From: an uncultured Bacilli bacterium
GTDB taxonomy: Bacteria > Bacillota_I > Bacilli_A > RF39 > UBA660
Reading direction: 5' to 3'
DNA: 64,000 nt
Assembly: GCA_910587535.1 (NCBI GenBank)
Contig: CAJUKM010000001.1
Location: 17,496 to 81,495 of the forward strand
The translations under genes and the position numbers were made by a program. The notes beneath the pieces were generated by a model that did not search any database, was not told the DNA's origin, and was given only the letters and a program-made list of their open reading frames with translations. This document shows, piece after piece, positions 36,726 through 46,523 of this stretch; within the stretch, counting starts at the first letter, position 1; each line of letters opens with the position of its first letter.

Positions 36726-37502
36726 TTACCCATTTTTTATTATGTCTATAAAAGTTTTCAAATCTATTTCTTCTGCCCTATTCGACAAAGAAAAACCGTT
36801 GTCTTCTAAAACCTTCTGTATTTTTTCTCGATTATATGCTTTTAAATTGTTATTAAGTGTCTTTCGTTTAAATTTAAAGGAATCTTTTAAAAACTGTTTA
36901 AATCTATCGTAATCGATGTCTTGCTCTTCTTTTTTTATGAGCTTTATAACTGTACTATCTACTTTTGGCATCGGTTCAAAGTCTTTTTTAGATACGTCTG
37001 TTATTTTTTTTATGTCGAAGTGGTAGTTTAGCAAAACGGTCATGTATCCATACTCTTTTGTGCCAGGAATTGCTAAAAATCGATCGGCTACTTCCTTTTG
37101 GACCATTATAGTTAAAGATTCTAGAGGTATTCTTGAATCTATTATATGTTCGATTATTGGAGTAGTGATATAGTAAGGAAGATTTCCAATCATATATAGT
37201 TTTTCATATGAATAATCATTCAAAAATTTGTTTAAATCAATTTCTAAAAAGTCTGCGTATTTGATTGAAGTTTTTTCGTCCTCAAGCGGATTAAGTAGCG
37301 GTTTTGTTTCTTCATCTATTTCAATCGCGACTAACCTCGAATCATATTTTTTCAATTTTCTAGTTATCGCTCCACCTCCAGGACCTATTTCGACAATCAG
37401 ATCTTTAGGTGTAGGAGAGATAGAATTAGTTATCTGTTCGATTATATCTTGATTTTTTAAAAAGTTCTGGCCATATCTTTTTTTAAACCTGAAGTTATCC
37501 AT
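36726..37502 (-). CDS. rsmA: 16S rRNA (adenine1518/1519-N6)-dimethyltransferase RsmA/KsgA
   Basis: KKRYGQNFLKNQDII and SAM motif. The ATG at 37502 has GAGGTGA upstream. The ORF call extends to 37511 (GTG). Confidence 0.9.
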   Translation of the reverse strand: MDNFRFKKRYGQNFLKNQDIIEQITNSISPTPKDLIVEIGPGGGAITRKLKKYDSRLVAIEIDEETKPLLNPLEDEKTSIKYADFLEIDLNKFLNDYSYEKLYMIGNLPYYITTPIIEHIIDSRIPLESLTIMVQKEVADRFLAIPGTKEYGYMTVLLNYHFDIKKITDVSKKDFEPMPKVDSTVIKLIKKEEQDIDYDRFKQFLKDSFKFKRKTLNNNLKAYNREKIQKVLEDNGFSLSNRAEEIDLKTFIDIIKNG

Positions 37503-37551
37503 AGTAATCACCTCATTTATGATACCATACTAAGTTAAAAAGAAAAAGGAC

Positions 37552-38100
37552 TCATGATAATTCACGAGTCCATCCAAATCTAAGTATATCGTAATTTATT
37601 TTTTTACTTCCTATCTTTGTAAGCGCTGTCTCCGTCGAGTCAACTAGAAGATCCAATGTCGTTCCTGTAACTCCCCTATCTAAAACTATCGCTGTGATGA
37701 CGCCTGTATTAGATATCGTATTGTTATTAAATCTAACAACAGAGCCACAAGGTAGATTAGGTGATGAGGCGACTATATTTATTTTTCCATATTGAGGATC
37801 GATATATTCTGTCGTTCCATCTAATACATTTTGACCTGTACAACCAAGCTTCCCTGAACAAAGAGGACAGTTTGCTACGTACGCTGTTAAAGTACCGTAG
37901 TAGGTATCTAAGACAGTGTTGATATCAGCTTGTTGAAAATTTTCGATAACTTTAGCCATCGCGTTCAAGTCGACGTTTTTATTAGGATTGTCATTAGTTG
38001 CACGCGAGACGTTGATTATGTTGCTATTTTGAAAGCATAGCACTACACCTATGAGAATAGTGATACATAAAATCTTATAAATAGCTTTTATTTTCTTCAT
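37552..38100 (-). CDS. secreted 3D-domain protein (YabE/YuiC-like)
   Basis: Signal peptide and a C-terminal 3D domain (AIVLDRGVTG...LDLLVDS). The position between tatD and ksgA matches B. subtilis yabE. Confidence 0.7.
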   Translation of the reverse strand: MKKIKAIYKILCITILIGVVLCFQNSNIINVSRATNDNPNKNVDLNAMAKVIENFQQADINTVLDTYYGTLTAYVANCPLCSGKLGCTGQNVLDGTTEYIDPQYGKINIVASSPNLPCGSVVRFNNNTISNTGVITAIVLDRGVTGTTLDLLVDSTETALTKIGSKKINYDILRFGWTRELS

Positions 38101-38139
38101 TATAACTACTCCTCGTATTATAGTTTAGCACAACACAAT

Positions 38140-38901
38140 TTAAATGTCAAAAAGCTCATGGACATTTTTTTCTGTAATTTTACTCAATTCTTCTAACGAG
38201 ATTCCCAATTCTTGCGCGATAAATTCGGCAATGTACAACGTATTTTGGGGTTCATTTTTAGTCCCTCTAACGGGAACTGGCGCTAGGTATGGAGAGTCGG
38301 TCTCTAGAAGAATGGCACTTGATGGTATTATCTTTAGTATATCCTTTATTTTGGCATTTTTGAATGTTACTACTCCTCCAAAACCTAATTTATACCCCAT
38401 ATTAATATATATGTTTGCCGTTTCTAGGCTACCACTAAAACAGTGAATCGATCCTCTGACGGTAGGAAACTTTTTTATGGTATTAATCGTATCTTCAGTG
38501 GCATCTCTAGAATGGACTATGACGGGTTTATCATATTTTTTTGCTAATTGTAATTGTTTTGTAAAAAGATCTATTTGAGCCTCTTTATCAGGATTGCCGT
38601 AATGATAGTCTAATCCAATCTCTCCGATTGCTATTATTTTAGAAATATTGTCTTCAATAAACAGTATATCTTCTGGCGTAACGTTTTCTATGGAATCAGG
38701 GTGAATTCCTATTGCAGGAATGATATCTTTATATTTAGCGGCTAACTCTAGAACTTCTTCATTTGTTTTTCTATTTGAGCCGTTGTTTATCATTCTTTTT
38801 ATTCCGGATTTTTGTGCATTATTCAATAGTGATTCTATGTCGTCGTAATCATTTATAGAGATGTGGCAGTGTGTATCTGTAAAAATCGTTTGTTCTTTCA
38901 T
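38140..38901 (-). CDS. tatD: TatD family deoxyribonuclease/hydrolase
   Basis: DTHCHI metal motif. The ATG at 38901 (MKEQTIFTDTHCHI) is the likely start. The ORF call extends to 38976 (TTG) and overlaps metG. Confidence 0.85.
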   Translation of the reverse strand: MKEQTIFTDTHCHISINDYDDIESLLNNAQKSGIKRMINNGSNRKTNEEVLELAAKYKDIIPAIGIHPDSIENVTPEDILFIEDNISKIIAIGEIGLDYHYGNPDKEAQIDLFTKQLQLAKKYDKPVIVHSRDATEDTINTIKKFPTVRGSIHCFSGSLETANIYINMGYKLGFGGVVTFKNAKIKDILKIIPSSAILLETDSPYLAPVPVRGTKNEPQNTLYIAEFIAQELGISLEELSKITEKNVHELFDI

Positions 38902-38947
38902 TTCATTAATTCTTTCTATGTAATGGCAAAAAATGACCTCGGCTGGG

Positions 38948-40480
38948 TCAATTTTCTTCTTTTTGGATTCTTTCAAATAGTGGCTCTGGTGAATCGGTTA
39001 CTTCATAGATTAAGTCGTCGATGTATATAGCATCTTCGAAAGAAGTTCTTTCTGTTTTTAAATATGTATCTACTTTTTCAGTGCTTTCTGGCATGAACGG
39101 TTTCAAAAGAATATTAGTTATTCTAATAGACTCAAGTAAATTATAGAGCACTGTCTCTAATCTTTCTTTCTTACTTTCGTCTTTAGCTAGTACCCAAGGC
39201 GTAGTATCATCTATATATTTATTACTAGATCTTAGGACATCGAATATTTCTTCGAGCACTTTAGAGATTTGGAGATCGTCTATTTTTTCGTCCGTTTTAT
39301 TCTTTAGGGTTTTTAAACTTTCTATGAATAGCTCGTCGATTGCTTCGCCATTTTTACGATTTCTAATCGTTCCTTCAAAGTATTTATTAGCCATTCCGAT
39401 TGTTCTGTTGACCAGATTTCCCCAAGTGTTAGCGAGGTCGGCATTTATTCTTGCGACAAGTGCTTCTTCGGAGAAATTGCCATCATTTCCGAAAGGAATC
39501 TCTCTTAATGAGAAATATCTGACTGCATCGACCGAATATTTTTCTATGTATTCTCTAGGATCTCTATAATTTCCTAAGCTTTTAGATATTTTGTTGCCCT
39601 CGATTATCAGCCATCCATGACCAAAAACTTGATCTGGTAGCGGTAAATCTAGAGCCATCAGTATGATCGGCCATATTATAGTGTGAAATCTTACTATTTC
39701 TTTTCCTACGATATGGACGTCAGCTGGCCAATATTTTCTAAAGTTTTCGTCGTTATCTGTTCCATATCCGAGTGCAGTTATGTAGTTGCTTAGCGCATCG
39801 ATCCAAACATATACCACGTGGTCTTTGTCGAACGTTACTGGGATTCCCCAATCGAAGCTCGTACGGGATACGCATAGGTCTTCTAATCCAGGTCTGATAA
39901 AGTTGTTCAGCATTTCATTCTTGCGCGATTCTGGGCGAATAAAGTGTGGATGCGATTCGATATGGTCTTCTAGTCTTTTTTGATATTTAGATAGTTTTAA
40001 GAAGTAAGCTTCTTCACTAACTTCATGAACTTCTCTTCCACAATCTGGGCATAGTCCATCTTTTGCTTGTGTTTCCGTCCAAAACGATTCACATGGCGTA
40101 CAGTATAATCCCTTATACTCTCCCTTATATATATCTCCTTGATCATATAGTTTTTCAAATATCTTTTGGACTATCTCTACGTGATCTGCATCAGTAGTTC
40201 TTATAAATCTGTCATATGTTATTCCAAGACTCTTCCAAAGATCTTTTGCGTTTTCAACTATCTCGTCGACATACTCTTGAGGTGTCTTTCCTGCTTCCTC
40301 TGCTTTTTTGGCAATCTTCTGTCCGTGTTCATCGCTTCCCGTTAGGAAATATGTATCATAGCCGTCGAGTCTTTTGTATCTAGCAATCGAATCTGCTATT
40401 ATTGTACTATAACAGTGTCCTATATGAAAATTGGCAGATGGATAGTAGATAGGTGTCGTTATATAAAACTTTTTGTTCAT
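38948..40480 (-). CDS. metG: methionine--tRNA ligase
   Basis: HIGHCYSTI and KISKSLGN class I motifs, 510 aa. Confidence 0.95.
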   Translation of the reverse strand: MNKKFYITTPIYYPSANFHIGHCYSTIIADSIARYKRLDGYDTYFLTGSDEHGQKIAKKAEEAGKTPQEYVDEIVENAKDLWKSLGITYDRFIRTTDADHVEIVQKIFEKLYDQGDIYKGEYKGLYCTPCESFWTETQAKDGLCPDCGREVHEVSEEAYFLKLSKYQKRLEDHIESHPHFIRPESRKNEMLNNFIRPGLEDLCVSRTSFDWGIPVTFDKDHVVYVWIDALSNYITALGYGTDNDENFRKYWPADVHIVGKEIVRFHTIIWPIILMALDLPLPDQVFGHGWLIIEGNKISKSLGNYRDPREYIEKYSVDAVRYFSLREIPFGNDGNFSEEALVARINADLANTWGNLVNRTIGMANKYFEGTIRNRKNGEAIDELFIESLKTLKNKTDEKIDDLQISKVLEEIFDVLRSSNKYIDDTTPWVLAKDESKKERLETVLYNLLESIRITNILLKPFMPESTEKVDTYLKTERTSFEDAIYIDDLIYEVTDSPEPLFERIQKEEN

Positions 40481-40700
40481 GTCTTTTCCTTCTTTCTAAA
40501 TAAAAAAATCATGAAACTTAAGGACGGATTATTTTCCGCGGTACCACCTTAATTCATGATTTACATGCTCTTTCTTCCTTTAACGCAGGACTTTACGGTT
40601 GAACTCCAAAACCATGTTCGGCTTATCTCAATACCATCTTTCAGCGTACGATGGCTCTCTATAATATATGATAAGCTTACTCTTTTCTTCTCAGTTCAAT
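40481..40700 (-). ncRNA. T-box riboswitch leader of metG
   Basis: Minus-strand AAUUAAGGUGGUACCGCGG (plus 40536-40554) matches the T-box consensus. A terminator helix (AUCAUGAAUUAAGG / CCUUAAGUUUCAUGAU) followed by U7 overlaps it. A candidate AUG specifier lies in GAAAGAUGG. The promoter TTGATT-17-TATCAT with TGn is at 40707-40735. Confidence 0.8.
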
Positions 40701-40706
40701 ATGAAC

Positions 40707-40735
40707 ATGATAGCACAGTTTTTTTTTTTAATCAA
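40707..40735 (-). promoter_or_regulatory. sigma-A promoter with extended -10 for metG T-box leader
   Basis: -35 revcomp at 40730-40735 and -10 revcomp at 40707-40712, overlapping the spoVT 3' end. Confidence 0.55.
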
Positions 40736-41244
40736 TAGTTGTTCAGCTGTTTTTCAATCAAATTTTTTATCATTTTTGAGATATCACTTGGGGCTACTTC
40801 TCTTTCATCGTTATACTCCATCAAGAGTCCTGCTCTATCGGCATCGATTATTATCGGCATGATGTTTACATATGCTTCTAGTGTCTCCGAATCGAGTTTT
40901 ATCTCGACTTTTTTTCCTTTTTCTTCCTTGCAGGTAAGAACCTCGTTTTTTAGAAATTTGTCTAGTTCTTTTTCTTTAAAACGATTTTCACTAGAGGCAA
41001 TTATTTTTTCTCTATCTGTAACGATGAATTTGTTATTCGTAATTCGTGAGGCTGTGTCTATTAAATATTCAATATATTCTATGACATCCGGCAAAGAAGA
41101 ATACTTCTTTATATGTATTTCTCCGTTTTCGATGAATATTTCTAGAGGTTCGCCATCACTGATATGAAGTTTTTTTCTTATGTCTTTTGGTATCACAATG
41201 CGTCCTAGATCGTCAATCCTTCTGATGTTACTGTTTTCTGTCAA
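40732..41244 (-). CDS. spoVT: stage V sporulation protein T-like regulator (AbrB-N + GAF-like)
   Basis: IRRIDDLGRIVIPKDIRKKLHISDGEPLEIF AbrB/SpoVT swapped-hairpin domain, about 170 aa, located downstream of mfd as in Bacillus. Confidence 0.75.
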   Translation of the reverse strand: MTENSNIRRIDDLGRIVIPKDIRKKLHISDGEPLEIFIENGEIHIKKYSSLPDVIEYIEYLIDTASRITNNKFIVTDREKIIASSENRFKEKELDKFLKNEVLTCKEEKGKKVEIKLDSETLEAYVNIMPIIIDADRAGLLMEYNDEREVAPSDISKMIKNLIEKQLNNY

Positions 41245-41287
41245 GATATATCACCAACCACTATTAGTTTAAGAAAATAGTTATTAT

Positions 41288-44200
41288 TTATACCTCTTTT
41301 ATTTGTTCTTTTATCAATAATAGTAACTCATAGAAATAGTGAACGTATCCTTTTTGGAGATTAAGCGTATTTAGTGAAATTCTTATCTCACGATTTTTGT
41401 AACTGATTTCGAATTTTGGGTGAATACTATAACTTTGTAGAAATAGTTTTTCGCCATCGATTTGATTAGATATATCGCTATTTAGGACTATAGTGATACG
41501 ATTTTGAAGCTCTATAATATTTGCAATCTTCAATTCTTTTAAGATGCTTTCTACACAGCATTTTTTCATATATTCTTCGAGAGCTTCGTCTATTTTACCA
41601 AATCTATCTTCTAATTCATTTTTTACTTTTTGGAAATCGACTTGATTCTTGATAGAATTTATCAGTTTATGAATCTCAATTTTTATATTTTCATCTTCGA
41701 CGTATTTATCGTCAATATAGCTATTAACATTTAAATGTTTGTTCATATCATCTTCGTTATCAACAGTTTTACCTTCTAAACGCGAAACTTCTTCGTTTAT
41801 CATTTTCGTGTAGAGATCTAGTCCTACGGCATCTATAAACCCTGCTTGTTCGCTCCCTAATAAGTCTCCTGCCCCACGTATTGCTAGATCTCGCATAGCT
41901 ATTTTGTAGCCACTTCCGAGTTCTGTGAATTCTTTTATCGATTCTAATCTTTTTATTGCCGTTTCCGTTAAGATTTTAGCAGGATTATACATCAGATAGG
42001 CATAGGCTATTTTATCGCTTCTTCCCACTCGACCGCGTATTTGATAAAGTTGACTTAGCCCGAATCGATCAGAATCTAGAATTATTATCGTATTGACGTT
42101 TGGAATATCGATTCCCGTTTCGATTATAGTAGTGCATATCAATATGTCGTACTCACAATTTATGAATTTTTCCATTATGGTATTTATCTGTTCGCTGTCC
42201 ATCTGACCGTGGGCTGTCACTATACTGGCTTCTGGTATCAATTTTGAAAGTCTATCTTTAAATGTCTCTAAGGCGTCGATATTATTTATCAGAATAAATA
42301 TTTGTCCTTTTCTTGTCAATTCTTTATATATCGCATCTCTTATTATCAGGTCGTTTTCTTCAATCACATAGGTTTGGATTGGATACCTGTTAATAGGTGG
42401 TGTATCTAAAACCGATAGGCTACGAAGTCCACTCATTGCCATTTTTAGAGTTCTAGGAATAGGAGTGGCTGATAAAGTTAAAACGTTTATATCGCTTTTT
42501 ATTTTTTTTATTTTCTCTTTATGGGAGACTCCAAATCTTTGTTCTTCGTCGATGACTAAAAGCCCCAATTTTTTATATTTAATTTTTTCATTTAAGAGTT
42601 TATGGGTTCCTATTATTATATCAATTTTTCCTTCTTCTAAGTCCTTTAAAATATTTGTAACCTTCTTTTGAGGTACGTGACGATTTAAAAGTTCAATCCT
42701 TATAGGAAAATCTTTAAACCTTTCTATTGCACTTGTGTACTGTTGTTTAGAAAGAATAGTCGTCGGACAAAGATAGGATACTTGAAAATTGTTGATAACA
42801 GTTTTGAACATAGCTCTAAAAGCAACCTCTGTTTTTCCATATCCGACATCCCCACATAATAAGCGATCCATCGGGATGGCACTCTTTAAATCGTAGTCTA
42901 TTTCTTGGATAGTTTTTTCCTGATCCTTGGTTAAATTGAAAGGAAAATCTAGTCCGAATTTGATTTCTTCTTCGTAGTCCTTATAGGCAACTGTCGTTAT
43001 TTTTGATCTATTGGAGTAAAGTTCAAGGAGCTCTTCAGAAATATCTTTAATCCTTTTTCTAGTTTCGCTTTTCTTTTTGGCCCAAGCAGTACTGTTAAGT
43101 TTGTTCAATTTTGGATGAGTTCCTAGATTGGAAGTATATTTATATAGCTTATCTATATTTTCTACTGGAACATATACTTTGTCATTTCCTGCATATTCTA
43201 GTTCTATATAGTCTTTAGTATATTGTCCCTTTTTTAGTGTTTTTAAACCCTTATAAATACCTATACCATGTGTCTCATGAACTATATAGTCTCCATCAGC
43301 AAGGTCAGTGAACGTTTTTACTTTTCTACCTATTTTTATGGTATTTTTGTATCTTATATCTTTTTTAATTTTTTTATCTATGTCGTTTGGAGATATGACT
43401 ACATAGTTTTCGAAGATAAATCCCGAATTTAATGAGCCGAATATGATGTTTATGGCGTCTTTTTCTATATGATTAGTGTCGGTAATGAAAACTTTATCGA
43501 ATAAATCGGATATGATGTTTTTCTGTTTCCGGTTTTGAAGTATGAAAACGATCGTTTTCTTTTCCTTTTGGCAAAAGGATTTTAATTCGTCTAAATTTGA
43601 GTTAAAGTTAACCAGTTCTTTAGATGAATATACTAGCGATTTATCATCGTCATAGGTATTAATCGTCTCTATTAAAAAGGTTTTATTAAGCGTTATGTCC
43701 GAGTAATCGAACATGTATTTATGATCTTGCGAAATACCTTTATGTTCTTTATATTCGTACATCTCTTGTTGTAGATTTTTGTATGCAACATTTATTTGGC
43801 TTTCATCTATTAAAAAAATCGACGGAATATATAAGTAGTCTATTAAAGAACTTTGCAGTTCTCCAGTCGTTTCATTAAATCTCTTTATTTCTACACACTC
43901 TAAATCTCTAATAGTCCTTTGACTATTTTCGTCAAATTCTTTTATACATTCGATGTCTTCATCGAAAAATTCTATTCGAACAGGTTTTTCTCGATGTATA
44001 GGAAATAAATCTATAATGTATCCTCTAACAGCATATTCTCCTGTAGTAGTTACGAGTGAGTCTCTCCTATAACCTAGGCCTTCCAATCTTTCTATAATTA
44101 TTTCCCGGGAAATATTTGAGGGGGAGAGGTTTAACACTAAATCTTGTTCTTCGTCTTTGTGTGGCAAAAATTTTAGATATCCCATTAGGGACGTGACTAT

Positions 44201-44509
44201 TATATATTTAGATCGCGACCTTTTCTTTAAACTTTCTAATGTATCCAATCTTGTCAGTTTTAAATCTGGCGATATCGCAACGGCGACAGATGTCAGAAAG
44301 TCATCCATTGGAAAAAACAGAACATAGTCTGTATATGCCTGTATCAATTTAAAAAAGTTATTTGCTTCGAATAGAGAACTAGTCAAAACTATTACATCTT
44401 CATCATGTGTTTTAAAGTAGTTGACTATATATAAGACATCTAGTTCTTTCGTTAAGCCCATTACTTTGACGTCAGTTTTGTATTTAAAAAATTTGTCGAT
44501 AAATTCCAT
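41288..44509 (-). CDS. mfd: transcription-repair coupling factor Mfd
   Basis: 1073 aa with helicase motifs (DVGYGKTEVA, DEEQRFG). Confidence 0.97.
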   Translation of the reverse strand: MEFIDKFFKYKTDVKVMGLTKELDVLYIVNYFKTHDEDVIVLTSSLFEANNFFKLIQAYTDYVLFFPMDDFLTSVAVAISPDLKLTRLDTLESLKKRSRSKYIIVTSLMGYLKFLPHKDEEQDLVLNLSPSNISREIIIERLEGLGYRRDSLVTTTGEYAVRGYIIDLFPIHREKPVRIEFFDEDIECIKEFDENSQRTIRDLECVEIKRFNETTGELQSSLIDYLYIPSIFLIDESQINVAYKNLQQEMYEYKEHKGISQDHKYMFDYSDITLNKTFLIETINTYDDDKSLVYSSKELVNFNSNLDELKSFCQKEKKTIVFILQNRKQKNIISDLFDKVFITDTNHIEKDAINIIFGSLNSGFIFENYVVISPNDIDKKIKKDIRYKNTIKIGRKVKTFTDLADGDYIVHETHGIGIYKGLKTLKKGQYTKDYIELEYAGNDKVYVPVENIDKLYKYTSNLGTHPKLNKLNSTAWAKKKSETRKRIKDISEELLELYSNRSKITTVAYKDYEEEIKFGLDFPFNLTKDQEKTIQEIDYDLKSAIPMDRLLCGDVGYGKTEVAFRAMFKTVINNFQVSYLCPTTILSKQQYTSAIERFKDFPIRIELLNRHVPQKKVTNILKDLEEGKIDIIIGTHKLLNEKIKYKKLGLLVIDEEQRFGVSHKEKIKKIKSDINVLTLSATPIPRTLKMAMSGLRSLSVLDTPPINRYPIQTYVIEENDLIIRDAIYKELTRKGQIFILINNIDALETFKDRLSKLIPEASIVTAHGQMDSEQINTIMEKFINCEYDILICTTIIETGIDIPNVNTIIILDSDRFGLSQLYQIRGRVGRSDKIAYAYLMYNPAKILTETAIKRLESIKEFTELGSGYKIAMRDLAIRGAGDLLGSEQAGFIDAVGLDLYTKMINEEVSRLEGKTVDNEDDMNKHLNVNSYIDDKYVEDENIKIEIHKLINSIKNQVDFQKVKNELEDRFGKIDEALEEYMKKCCVESILKELKIANIIELQNRITIVLNSDISNQIDGEKLFLQSYSIHPKFEISYKNREIRISLNTLNLQKGYVHYFYELLLLIKEQIKEV

Positions 44510-44511
44510 TT

Positions 44512-45063
44512 TTATTCTCCAAAAGTATAATCCTTCGTTGTAGTGATCTTTCCCTCTATAAAATCGTTTATCACTTCTTTTGTCATATCGAAACCTATTT
44601 TTAGTTTTTCCCGTTCTTCTTTAGAAAATTTCCCCAGTACGTAGTCTTTTGTATCAAAATTTTTATCGTTAGAAATCCCTATTTTAAATTGATAAAACTT
44701 TTGATTTCCTAAGCTATTTATAATGGACTTTATACCATTATCTCCACCTGAGGAGCTGTCGAACTTTATTCTCGCTTTTCCTAATGGCAAATCTAAATCA
44801 TCTCGTATTATTAAAATGTCTGATCCTTCGATTTTGAAGTAATCGATGAACGGTTTTACTACTGTTCCAGAAAGATTCATATAGCTTTGAGGCTTTAAGA
44901 AAAGAACCTTTTCACCATTGATATTCTTCTCTAAGTATAAGCCATTAAACTTTTTGCTGAATTGTTCTTTTAGACAGTAATTATCAATAGTCATAAAACC
45001 TACATTGTGTCTAGTGTTGTCGTATTCCTTACCGGGATTTCCTAATCCGCATATCAATTTCAT
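44512..45063 (-). CDS. pth: peptidyl-tRNA hydrolase
   Basis: GLGNPG...NTRHNVGF motif. Confidence 0.95.
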   Translation of the reverse strand: MKLICGLGNPGKEYDNTRHNVGFMTIDNYCLKEQFSKKFNGLYLEKNINGEKVLFLKPQSYMNLSGTVVKPFIDYFKIEGSDILIIRDDLDLPLGKARIKFDSSSGGDNGIKSIINSLGNQKFYQFKIGISNDKNFDTKDYVLGKFSKEEREKLKIGFDMTKEVINDFIEGKITTTKDYTFGE

Positions 45064-45761
45064 CTATTTACCTCCTCAAATATATTTTTATAAGTGCTCC
45101 TTCCTTCTACGTCGATAGTCCATACTTTTAGATCACTTTTTTTATATTTTGAAGCTTCTATTAAAAAAAATTCTGCATTATTTCCTTTTTTAGTGTTTAC
45201 AAAAACTACTTTCCTTATGCCAAATTTTTCTCTTTCTAGTATATCTATAGTCTCGAGAAAGCGTTCTACTCTGTGAACTAAATAAAGAGATCCTGTCTCT
45301 TTTAAAAATCTTTTGGCATGTGTAATAATCTCTTCTAAGTTTATACTTATTTCATGGCGAGCCATTCTTTTTATGGGATTTTCATTTTTTTGTGAAGTTG
45401 ATGAAACCTTGAAGTATGGAGGATTACACGTTATTACGTCATATTTTGTTTCAGTAGAGTATTCTTTTATATCACAATTTAAAACCTGAATCGAGCTTTC
45501 TAATTTATTTCTGCTAATCGTTTTTTTTGCTAAATTATATATCTGTTCTTGGATTTCAAGAGCATCTATTGTAATCTTTTTTCCTTTGGTCGATAGAATT
45601 AACGGAATGGGTAAATTACCAGTGCAGAAATCTAAAATTTGCATTCCGTTTTTAACTTTTACAAATTCCGCTAATAATATCGAATCGATACTAAATTTAA
45701 AATATTCACTATTTTGGAATATTTTTAATCCGTAATCGAATAAATCGTTACATTCTATCAT
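45060..45761 (-). CDS. tRNA (adenine37-N6)-methyltransferase-like SAM-dependent methyltransferase (YabB/TrmN6-like)
   Basis: NPPY motif (CNPPYF) and SAM-binding region. Confidence 0.7.
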   Translation of the reverse strand: MIECNDLFDYGLKIFQNSEYFKFSIDSILLAEFVKVKNGMQILDFCTGNLPIPLILSTKGKKITIDALEIQEQIYNLAKKTISRNKLESSIQVLNCDIKEYSTETKYDVITCNPPYFKVSSTSQKNENPIKRMARHEISINLEEIITHAKRFLKETGSLYLVHRVERFLETIDILEREKFGIRKVVFVNTKKGNNAEFFLIEASKYKKSDLKVWTIDVEGRSTYKNIFEEVNR

Positions 45762-46521
45762 CTATTTTTACCTTCTCGTAGTTATTATCAGAAGTTTTAA
45801 CTGTATATTCCTTGTTTAAAATATTTATGTCGGTAACAACCGCTTTTTGGCCATTATGATCTATCTTTTCTCCAACCTCTGGAAGAACTTTTCTATTTTC
45901 TTCATAAAGTTCATTTTCATAAGTAAAACAGCATAAGAGTCTACCACAGGCACCATTTATTTTTGTCGGATTTAAGGCTATATTTTGGTTTTTAACCATG
46001 TTTATATTTACTGAATTAACTGTTTTTAAGCAACTATTACAGCATAATTTGCGTCCGCATAGTCCTATGCCACCTATTTCTTTAGCCTTATCTCTAACGC
46101 CTATTTGTCTCAGTTCTATTCTAGTATGATATTTGGCCGCCAGTTCCTTCACTAAGTCTCTAAAATCTACTCTTTCTTCAGAAACGAAGTTGAAAAGGAG
46201 CACTTTTCTATCTAGTGAGTACGTTGTATCAATAAGAGTCATGTTTAAATTAAGCTTTTTTATCAACTTTTTTGTGTCTTGTAGAGCTTTTTCAGCATCT
46301 TTTAAATTTTTTAAATATCTTTGATAGTCTTCTGGAGTTGCTTTACCTTTAATCTCTTTCAAGTTTTTATCAACTGTAAGAGTTTCTATCTCTGCGACTT
46401 CGCCTAATTGAATCCCTCTTTCTGTCTCAACCTTTACTTTATCTCCTTTTTGAAATTCTTCCTCTGTGGAAAAATTATATACTTTTCCACCAGTTTTAAA
46501 TTTTACTCCAACGATTTGCAT
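45748..46521 (-). CDS. ricT: PSP1-domain protein RicT/YaaT
   Basis: GLCGRKLCC...GACGRLLCC cysteine motifs of the PSP1 C-terminal domain. Confidence 0.85.
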   Translation of the reverse strand: MQIVGVKFKTGGKVYNFSTEEEFQKGDKVKVETERGIQLGEVAEIETLTVDKNLKEIKGKATPEDYQRYLKNLKDAEKALQDTKKLIKKLNLNMTLIDTTYSLDRKVLLFNFVSEERVDFRDLVKELAAKYHTRIELRQIGVRDKAKEIGGIGLCGRKLCCNSCLKTVNSVNINMVKNQNIALNPTKINGACGRLLCCFTYENELYEENRKVLPEVGEKIDHNGQKAVVTDINILNKEYTVKTSDNNYEKVKIDDRM

Positions 46522-46523
46522 AT

